Positions 26,182 to 34,500 of a DNA stretch of 49,373 nucleotides are shown here, piece by piece. The stretch is from Candidatus Roizmanbacteria bacterium. Its GTDB lineage: Bacteria > Patescibacteriota > Microgenomatia > UBA1406 > GWC2-37-13. The stretch is from positions 1-49,373 of the forward strand of contig JBAXPW010000001.1 of NCBI GenBank assembly GCA_037132015.1, read 5' to 3'. Numbering within the stretch: position 1 is the first letter of the stretch; each line of letters starts with the position of its first letter. A program made the position numbers and the translations under genes. The notes under the pieces are model-generated. The model ran no database searches. It saw nothing but the letters and a program-made list of their open reading frames with translations, and had not been told where the DNA came from.

Positions 26182-27279
26182 TTATACCTTTCTTCGCCAT
26201 TTGAGCCATGTTTCGTAGATGTAGGTAAAGTAGTATTTTGGATGAATGACATAATCTTGAGTGGGAACATAATCAACTCGATTACCACCAAATCCTGTCT
26301 TAAATAAAGTTAATCCAGCCCATGGATGTTTTGGGTTGTCATCTGGAGCAATGCCATAAAAGTTATAGTATCGACAGCCACGTTTTATAGCTTCTTTTAT
26401 TCCTTCCCAGTGAAGGAGGTAAGGAGCTGGAATTTTAGAATGAGTAGATGCACCTTGATGATAAAATGCGGTTGAATTTGTGAAAAGAAGAAGAGCACCT
26501 GCCAGTAAGGAGTTAGTTGTTTGTAGTGGGTAATTAGTAGTTATTTCAGATGAATTTGGAATATGGTTTGCTAGAAGGTAGAGGGAATTATTGGTTTCTT
26601 GAAATATTTCAAATTCGTCATTGATGTATTTTTTTGGATACGGAGAAAAATGTTCACGCTTTACTGTTTCTTCATAGATTGTCCAGAACTCTTCAAGTGC
26701 TTTTTGATCAGTGCGTTTTTCAATGATAACTTGTTCTTTTGATGCTTTACGTATACAGTATCGTGTAGTTTTACGCATATCATTTAATAATTCTTCTTCA
26801 GATTTTGGAGTATTTACAAATTTTTCTAAATCAAGTACCCAAAAGCGCTCAGAATGAATATAAATTGGAGCGCCAAAAAATCCAAGTTTATTAAAGAGCT
26901 CACGATATTCAGGTGAATCAGTAAGTGAAGGCGCGATGCGAATAAAGGTATATTTTTCTTTTTTTGCGAGATCTATTAAATAGGTATGTAGTGCTGTGAA
27001 AATATTCGTTATCTGAACTATGTCATTTGAACGAGTTATGGGACCATGAGGAATATATAAAAAGGAACCTCGTTTCACTCGCATTTTGATGATTAAGGCT
27101 ATGGCGTGAAGAGATTGATCAGTAGATGAGGTATCTTCATAAATTCCAATATGTGTAGTCTTGTGTCCTCGTCTATTTTCAAACTCTGCCCATTCCCACG
27201 AATGAAGAAAGGAGGGTGATCCAGCATTATTAAAAAAAGTGTCCCATGTAGATTTATTCGTAATCTCTTTAATATGCAT
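26182..27279 (-). CDS. FemAB-family peptidoglycan bridge-forming aminoacyltransferase (FemX-like)
   Basis: 365 aa. The N-terminus (WDTFFNNAGSPSFLHSWEWAEF) and overall length and pattern are typical of FemA/FemB/FemX. Confidence 0.8.
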   Translation of the reverse strand: MHIKEITNKSTWDTFFNNAGSPSFLHSWEWAEFENRRGHKTTHIGIYEDTSSTDQSLHAIALIIKMRVKRGSFLYIPHGPITRSNDIVQITNIFTALHTYLIDLAKKEKYTFIRIAPSLTDSPEYRELFNKLGFFGAPIYIHSERFWVLDLEKFVNTPKSEEELLNDMRKTTRYCIRKASKEQVIIEKRTDQKALEEFWTIYEETVKREHFSPYPKKYINDEFEIFQETNNSLYLLANHIPNSSEITTNYPLQTTNSLLAGALLLFTNSTAFYHQGASTHSKIPAPYLLHWEGIKEAIKRGCRYYNFYGIAPDDNPKHPWAGLTLFKTGFGGNRVDYVPTQDYVIHPKYYFTYIYETWLKWRRKV

Positions 27280-27301
27280 AGTATTTTTTTATTTATCACA
27301 A

Positions 27302-28561
27302 CTAGGTTTCATTACTCTGATCTAAGGTATTATATGCCCGCGATTTCTTTTTTTGATGAAATAATTTGATAATTCGTTCTGCTTCTTTTTTTGAAACGAG
27401 GGCAGGGAGATTTACAATTTTTTCACATATGTCTTCGGCGATTGGACAGTCTCCTAATGTGTATCCCACTTTAGCCATGTTTAGTCCTTTGGGACCTATT
27501 ACTTGATCATACCATTTGCCAAGATATATGTGTTTTTTTTGCGCTCGTTTCAATAACTTTATTCGATCATCTGTGATTATTGGATAGCGTATGAGAGCTG
27601 GATTATTTGATACCAAAAAATTATTATTAAAATAGTTTTGATATATGAGTACTGATTGGATACGTTTTTTTGTACTTAAATTAAATTTTTCTAATTGATG
27701 AAGTAATAAGATACTTAATACATTGGGATACTGCTTTGCAAAAGCATAATCAAAGTTTCCATTTTTTTCTTTCGATGAGATTTCTCGTGGAAGGATTCCT
27801 GTGTTATTGAGGAGAAGATGAAATAGTTTTCCTATAAATATATCATATGAACTTTTGATAAATACGGTGAGAGGTTTATACCATAAGATTTGCATGATCT
27901 GTAAATAGTTGGGATATGCGAGGATATTTTCTTGCTCTGTCAATAGTTTTGCAATCATCTCTGACGATGTAACGATAGCACCTCCAAACACAGATGAAAT
28001 GGCTTTTGATCTTCCATACGATAATAATTTTATAGAATTTCCAAAATTATTTTTGAGTTCTTCGGTATCAAATCCATGGGCGAGATCTTCTATGACCGTG
28101 ATGTTATGATCTTGAGCAAATTTTAATATATTTGTTCTATCAGGAGTAATACCAAATGTGTGTTGAAGGATAAGCACCTTTGCATTGGGCGTACATTTTT
28201 TCTTTAAATCGTTCATCGACATACTATATGAATTGGGATCGATATCAATAAATATTGGTGTATATCCGAGGGATCGAATAGGGAGAACAACTGCTTCACA
28301 GGTAAATCCTTGTATGAGTATTGCGCTTCCTTTGGGTATAGTAAGTGTTTGTAGAAGACAATAAAGAGCTCCTCTTCCTGATAAAAAAAGATTTACATAT
28401 AGTTCTTCATTTGAGTTGTCTGTTTCAAAAAAATGAGAAATTTCTTTACGAAGACGTTTTGTTTCTTTTCCTTTTAGCCATCGCCATGGCTGAAAAATTA
28501 GTTTGAAACTGAGCCATGCATCATCCCCTGATTCATTTGGTGCGAAATCGGTTGAAATCAT
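27302..28561 (-). CDS. DegT/DnrJ/EryC1/StrS-family PLP-dependent aminotransferase-like protein
   Basis: GFTCEAVVLPIRSLGYTPIFIDID, VIEDLAHGF, and the candidate PLP-lysine segment SYGRSKAIS followed by FGGAIV. Confidence 0.75.
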   Translation of the reverse strand: MISTDFAPNESGDDAWLSFKLIFQPWRWLKGKETKRLRKEISHFFETDNSNEELYVNLFLSGRGALYCLLQTLTIPKGSAILIQGFTCEAVVLPIRSLGYTPIFIDIDPNSYSMSMNDLKKKCTPNAKVLILQHTFGITPDRTNILKFAQDHNITVIEDLAHGFDTEELKNNFGNSIKLLSYGRSKAISSVFGGAIVTSSEMIAKLLTEQENILAYPNYLQIMQILWYKPLTVFIKSSYDIFIGKLFHLLLNNTGILPREISSKEKNGNFDYAFAKQYPNVLSILLLHQLEKFNLSTKKRIQSVLIYQNYFNNNFLVSNNPALIRYPIITDDRIKLLKRAQKKHIYLGKWYDQVIGPKGLNMAKVGYTLGDCPIAEDICEKIVNLPALVSKKEAERIIKLFHQKKKSRAYNTLDQSNET

Positions 28562-28583
28562 ATTCTATTGTACCAGATTGACC

Positions 28584-30008
28584 TCATTTTAGGATTCGTT
28601 TTTTTAATGAGGGGTGTATGCGACCTTCGATAAGTATAAGGGTATCAGAGTCTGAATTTTTGTTTACAAAATCAAATAGAAGTTGTTCGCTTGCGAAGAT
28701 TTGAGTGTTTGTTTCTGAAGAAAAATCAGTATCCGTAGTTAGAAGAGCGATTGATGTTGATTTGATTCTGGAAATAATTCGATTGTAAGTATCATTTTTT
28801 TCTTTTCCTAGTTCGGGAATACCTTTTGAAATAATATACTTTTTTTTGTGTGGAAATTGTTCCATTGTTTGTATAGCTGAAATAAATCCAGACTCGTTTG
28901 AATTATATGAATCATCAAGAATAGTTGTATTATTGATACCCGTTGATTGAGAAAGTTTACCTTTGATTTGATCAAGATAAGCGATTGCTTTTACTATTGT
29001 TTCAGTTTTGATTCCAAGCTCGAGTGCCAGTGTGATGCAAGGTAGGATGTTAGCAATGTTGTGAACACCAATGAGATGTGTTCTGATTTCAAATTGTTGA
29101 TTTTTTGTATGGATTGTTGCTGAAAGAATAGTATCTTTGATTAAAATGTTTGTTGCATATACATCTGCTTCTTGTGTAGTTGAAAAAGTAATTATGTGCG
29201 CTTTTGTGTCTTTGATGAGCATTTCATAATCGTGTATATCGCGGTTGAGAATGATTGTTCCATTTGAAGGAACGGCAAGAAGGAGTTCCTTTTTTGCATT
29301 GATAAGATTTTCCCGAGATCCAAAGAGATCAAGGTGTTGATTGCCAATTGATGTGATAATTGCATATGTAGGTGGTGTGATTTTACAACAGTTTGTTATC
29401 TCACCAATTTTGTATGCTCCCATTTCTGCTATAAAATATTCGGTGTCTTCATGGAGATGTTGTAATACATTGAGCGCAATACCTACGTCGGTGTTCATAT
29501 TTGCTTGAGTTTTTCCCGTGATAAATTGTCGTGAAAGAATTTGATATAAAAATTCTTTTGTCGAACTTTTTCCGTATGAGCCAGTGATGCCGATAAAAAT
29601 AGTTTTTGTTTCGTGAACTTTTGTAATTGCTTGTGCAATAATGGATTGTCTCTTTTGATGCGCAAGTATGTTTGTAACATATACGCATAAAGAGACTACA
29701 GCAAAAGCATAAATAGGAATAAAAGCTAAAAAGATAAATGAGAGCATTTGTGGTAAAAATGTTGCGATCAGATAAATGTCGACTGATGCTACGATTGCAA
29801 GTAAAAGTAGTATAGCGTTGCGTGGTTTTTTTGCAGGCATTTTAAGTGAAAAGGAATAGAGGATTTTCAAAAAGGAATGTTCGTTTATTGTCGACTTTAT
29901 TCGATCAAAGCGATACTCTTTTATTTGATAGAGATAGATAAATTCTGCAACCTTCCAAAGATATAAAAGAATACTTATACCTGTTAAGAAAGATCGTTCG
30001 TAGATCAT
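28584..30008 (-). CDS. MurF-like Mur ligase with an N-terminal three-TM membrane anchor
   Basis: P-loop IGITGSYGKSSTKEF and C-terminal DDSYNSN (compare MurF DDSYNANP). The first 110 aa or so contain three hydrophobic helices in place of the usual soluble N-domain. Confidence 0.8.
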   Translation of the reverse strand: MIYERSFLTGISILLYLWKVAEFIYLYQIKEYRFDRIKSTINEHSFLKILYSFSLKMPAKKPRNAILLLLAIVASVDIYLIATFLPQMLSFIFLAFIPIYAFAVVSLCVYVTNILAHQKRQSIIAQAITKVHETKTIFIGITGSYGKSSTKEFLYQILSRQFITGKTQANMNTDVGIALNVLQHLHEDTEYFIAEMGAYKIGEITNCCKITPPTYAIITSIGNQHLDLFGSRENLINAKKELLLAVPSNGTIILNRDIHDYEMLIKDTKAHIITFSTTQEADVYATNILIKDTILSATIHTKNQQFEIRTHLIGVHNIANILPCITLALELGIKTETIVKAIAYLDQIKGKLSQSTGINNTTILDDSYNSNESGFISAIQTMEQFPHKKKYIISKGIPELGKEKNDTYNRIISRIKSTSIALLTTDTDFSSETNTQIFASEQLLFDFVNKNSDSDTLILIEGRIHPSLKKRILK

Positions 30009-30784
30009 TTTATTTTGAAAAACTTTTGAATTTCTTCAACAACTAATTGTGGCATTTTAATTGGCAATCCATGACCAACTTGAGGAACAATTTTCAAAAA
30101 CGAGCCTTTGATATGTTCGTGAAGTTCATGTGCAAAACTTACGGGAGTATCAACATCTATTTCTCCCCATAGAATGAGTGTTGGAGTAGTGATTAAATCT
30201 ATCTGCGTTGTGAGATCATCAGTAACTATTTTTCTAAAATTACTTTCGAGGTGTGGAAATTTGTATAAATCAGAATGAGGATATAATAATCGGTATGCTA
30301 TTCTGCGGGAAAATTTACATACTTCCTGCAGTGGTTGTGATGGAAGTTTTGAGCATATATCCCCTCCCCTTTTTCGGACTGCTTTGCGTTTATACGACGC
30401 ATCACAAAGAACGAGTTTTGTGACAATTTCTGGATAATGTGATGCGATGTAGATTCCTAGACTGCCTCCAAATGAATGACCAATGTATGAGACGGTTGGC
30501 AAATCCAGTTGATGAATAAATGCAACCACACATTCGGCATATTCTTTGACTGACCAGTCAGGATCGGGGTTGTCGCTTTCTCCAAATCCGGGAAGATCTA
30601 GGGTATAACACCGATATTCAGATGATAAGATATCTGCAACAGGTTGTAGGCTTTTTTGGCTTCCACCCCATCCATGGACGAATAAAACAGGACTCCCCTC
30701 CCCCACTACTTCGTAGTGAATATTTTTATTTATCCCGCCGATAGCGGAGGGAAAATGCCCGTGATTTTGTATTGAGATGATCAT
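30005..30784 (-). CDS. Alpha/beta-fold hydrolase
   Basis: HGWGGS oxyanion region, nucleophile elbow GHSFGG, and a C-terminal His (VGHGLP). Its stop overlaps the MurF-like start by 4 nt (30005-30008). Confidence 0.85.
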   Translation of the reverse strand: MIISIQNHGHFPSAIGGINKNIHYEVVGEGSPVLFVHGWGGSQKSLQPVADILSSEYRCYTLDLPGFGESDNPDPDWSVKEYAECVVAFIHQLDLPTVSYIGHSFGGSLGIYIASHYPEIVTKLVLCDASYKRKAVRKRGGDICSKLPSQPLQEVCKFSRRIAYRLLYPHSDLYKFPHLESNFRKIVTDDLTTQIDLITTPTLILWGEIDVDTPVSFAHELHEHIKGSFLKIVPQVGHGLPIKMPQLVVEEIQKFFKIK

Positions 30785-30908
30785 ATAAATCTATGTAGTA
30801 TTGTATACTTTTTATGAGACTATTTGCAAATATATTTAACACTAGAAAAATATTCCCCCCTGCAGAATTTGAAGTAGGGCTTATTATATATCCTACTTAA
30901 AAATAAGA

Positions 30909-30914
30909 TATAAT
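30909..30914 (+). promoter_or_regulatory. TATAAT box 9 nt upstream of ATG 30924 (possible short-leader or leaderless promoter)
   Basis: Read directly. No Shine-Dalgarno-like purine run between the box and the ATG. Confidence 0.25.
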
Positions 30915-30923
30915 TCTCGATAT

Positions 30924-31496
30924 ATGGAGTTTGCATTGGAAAATATCAATCAGTCATTTAAGCGTATTTCATGTACGGATGAGGCAGTGCGTCGTGCAGA
31001 TTTTGAAAATTGTACATTTGAGAAATGTACATTTGTGTCGAGTAATTTTGAACATTGTCGATTTACAGATTGTGTTTTTACGGAATGTGTGATTAGCGCA
31101 AATAAACCTACTAATAGTTCATTTATACACATTCGATTTAAAGACTCAAAAGTAATGGGATTTGATTGGACAAAATCGCGTGTAGCTCATGAACTTTCTT
31201 TTGAAGAATGTGATATTACATACTCTAACTTTAGTTATCTTAAATTACATAAACTTATGTTGTTAAAATGTAATGCAAAAGAATGTGATTTTATTGGAAG
31301 TGATTTGACGGGAAGTATTTTTACCGATACGAATTTTGAAGGAAGTAAATTTTCTCAAACGAATTTGACTAAGGCTGATTTTAGAAAGGCATATAATTAT
31401 GGCATAGATACGCGATATAATACCTTAAAAAAAGCCCAATTTGCACTTCCAGAGGCGTCTTCTCTTTTATTAAGTCTTGATATTATTCTTGAATAA
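30924..31496 (+). CDS. Pentapeptide-repeat protein
   Basis: Tandem A(D/N)LxX-type pentapeptides throughout (ADFENCTFEKCTFVSSNFEHCRFTDCVFTEC..., GSDLTGSIFTDTNFEGSKFSQTNLTKADF). Confidence 0.85.
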   Translation: MEFALENINQSFKRISCTDEAVRRADFENCTFEKCTFVSSNFEHCRFTDCVFTECVISANKPTNSSFIHIRFKDSKVMGFDWTKSRVAHELSFEECDITYSNFSYLKLHKLMLLKCNAKECDFIGSDLTGSIFTDTNFEGSKFSQTNLTKADFRKAYNYGIDTRYNTLKKAQFALPEASSLLLSLDIILE

Positions 31497-31504
31497 CAAA
31501 ACCA

Positions 31505-34500
31505 TCAAAAGCGTACAGCTGAACCCTCATTCATCCCCATTTGAATTTGTTGAGGAGTGAGAGCATAGTTGTATATACGAACATCATCGATGAGACCTGC
31601 AAAATATCCTGTTCCTGCGCTGTCTCTCCCGATATTTAATCCTGTAGCAGATGAACTGGTAACGACATTCGTTCGCGCCACACTAGCTATTTTATTGCCG
31701 TTTATATATGTTTCTAATGTGGTTCCATTGTATATACACATTACGTGAGTCCAAGTGGAATTACTTAGCGCAACTGTAGAAGTTGCTCCTACTTGCCAAG
31801 TGGTAGAATATATCTCGCAGACCGGATATGCTGATGCATTTGTTGTAAGTCTAAATTCATTATTTTTATGTACAAGTGTTTTGGATGTTGCAGTTGCTGA
31901 AGGATTAAACCATCCTCCCCAGCTGACGTTTGAATAGGCAGTTGCATTACTAGTTATGAGAGCAATGTTACTTGTACTTATATAATCATCTGTTCCATCA
32001 AGGGCCGTAGCTCCGTTAAACTTTCCAGTTGTGCCCGCATTCCACGCTTCGGTAGCAGTGCCAGAGTTACAGGCACCCGATATTGTATATGATCCTGTTC
32101 CACCAATAGTAATAGTTCCATTATTTCCAAAACTTGATGAATCATGAGCTGTATTTCCTTGACATTCATCCATTTTCCAATATCCAATAGGTTGGCCACG
32201 ATTATAATCCCATGCAATTTGAGCGGGGGTACGAGCATAGTTAAACATACGTACCATATCTATTTTCCCCGTAAACCATGAATCAGGAGCTACTAAATCA
32301 CTGTATGATCCGATTGATGAATATCCATCAAGTGAAGTTAGTCCAGAGTATGTGCTTGTACTTACATTTTTCCCATTAAAATATATTGCATAGGTGCCAG
32401 AGTTCCATGTCATTCCAACGTAACTCCATGTATTTATGGGAATGACAATTCCAGAATCTATATTTGAATTATTTCCGAGACTAATACCTAAGTTTCCTGT
32501 AGTTGGCAATCGAGTTAGATAAATGCGATTAGTTTCTCGATTACCTTCAACTATCATTTCATTAGCAGTTGGTGATGAAACTGTTGGGTATACCCATGCA
32601 GATATGCTTCCTGATGTTGCTGATAATCCATTATTTGGATTGATGATGACATTTTGAGAGGATCCGTTAAATAAAAGTGCTGAGCCATATTTACCAGTGG
32701 TCCATGTGGGGCTATTTGATAAAGCGCCAGAGCGATTATTACCACTTGAATCTAATGCTGTGGTGCCTATTTTATCATCAAATTTCCATTCACCAATGGG
32801 AGGATTGCATGTTGTTGTATCCCCCGGGACACAGTATGAGCGATCGACACCGTTACTGGGAGTGGATCCATCAGAAGTTGTAGAAAGAGCACCAAGAACT
32901 ACTGTTTTGCCTTGATTATAATCTGCAAGGATGTCAGATTGAGATAGAGCGCCACGATATAGTCGCAAATTATCAAGATTTCCTAAAAATTCGTCAGTTC
33001 CATCTGTGGCATTTCTATCGCCTACATAAATAGTTCCAGTGTTCACAAGCGAGCCTGTTCCTGACAATGCAACCTTACTGTCTACTAGATTGCCATCGAT
33101 ATATAATTTGAGAGAATTTACTCCATTTTTTACACCGGCAAAATGATGCCATACGCCATCATCATATCGTGTGGGTGCATTGGTTCCAATCGAGTCTTGA
33201 GGAAATGTCCCCGTTCCTCCCGTTCCAAAAATTATTTTACCTGTGCTACTCATATACACTGTATATCCAGCGTTATTTGCTTGTTTATAATATATATATT
33301 CATCAGCACTAATGGAGCTTCTCTTAAACCAAGAAGATAGTGTAAAATCTTCGAATCCTACAAAGTCAAATGAACCACTATTATTCAAAAGTGTTGCACG
33401 TAAGTTATTTGCACCAGCATAGGCTCCTCCAAATTTACCTGATGAAGTCCAGCCCGTAGAATTGCTAAGAGTAAGATTGTTGAGTGAAGATACTTTATCA
33501 TGAATCACTGTTCCATACCCTTCATCAAAACTCCAATTAGCAACTGTTCCACCAAAAGGAGTTCCTACTATTGGATGATCAGCATTCATATCCTCAATAA
33601 TTTGTTTTGAGGTGCGGGTATAGTTATATATTTTAAAATCATCTATTATTCCATTCCATGAATATGTGCTTCCACCTCCAATATTAAAAATTTGAGTTGG
33701 GTGTGTGCCAGGTCCTCCTGTATATGTTGCGGAGCTTGTAATAAATATACCATCTTTATAAATAGAAGTTGTACTTCCATCATATACTCCAGCGATATGT
33801 GTCCATTGGTTTGAAGAAATAGTTGTGCAAGCTGAAGATGAATTGGTATTATTTGTAATCCAGAAGCATGTTGTTCCTGAATTTGGCATATCAAGATAAT
33901 AACCCCCACGATTAGTAGCAGATGTGAATCGCTCTTTATAAAATACACGAGGATTTGCCTCACCTCCAGTTAATTGTGGTTTAATCCATACAGAAAAACT
34001 AAAAGGCTGTTGTCCCTCAAAATCTAGTGATGCACTTGCGGGAGCAGTTACATATGCATTTATTCCACTAAAAGATATTGCGCTTCCATATTTTCCTGTG
34101 GTCCAAGTTGGGCTTCCAGTTGATGCTGTTGTTGAGTTGTTGTTAAGACTCGAATCATAGGCGATAGTTCCAACTTTTTCATCAAAATTCCAATATGCGA
34201 CAGGTTCGGGGGCATAATTGTATATTCTATCGACTTCGCTTGGGGCAAGTGCGCGATTATATAATCGTACTTCATCTATTTGACTTAAATTGGAAAGATA
34301 GAGTGAGTTAGCTCGACCTATTTCAAACGTTGATCCAGATATAGGGGCTGTACTGGTAACAACAACATGACTCCATGTATTTGTTGTAAGAGTTGTGTTT
34401 GATTCCCCATTGATATAGATTGTTGGAGAGGTGAATCCAGTTGCAGATAGATTGCCAGTAGTTGATGTGATATATGTTGTTCCATTAAGATTTATATAAT

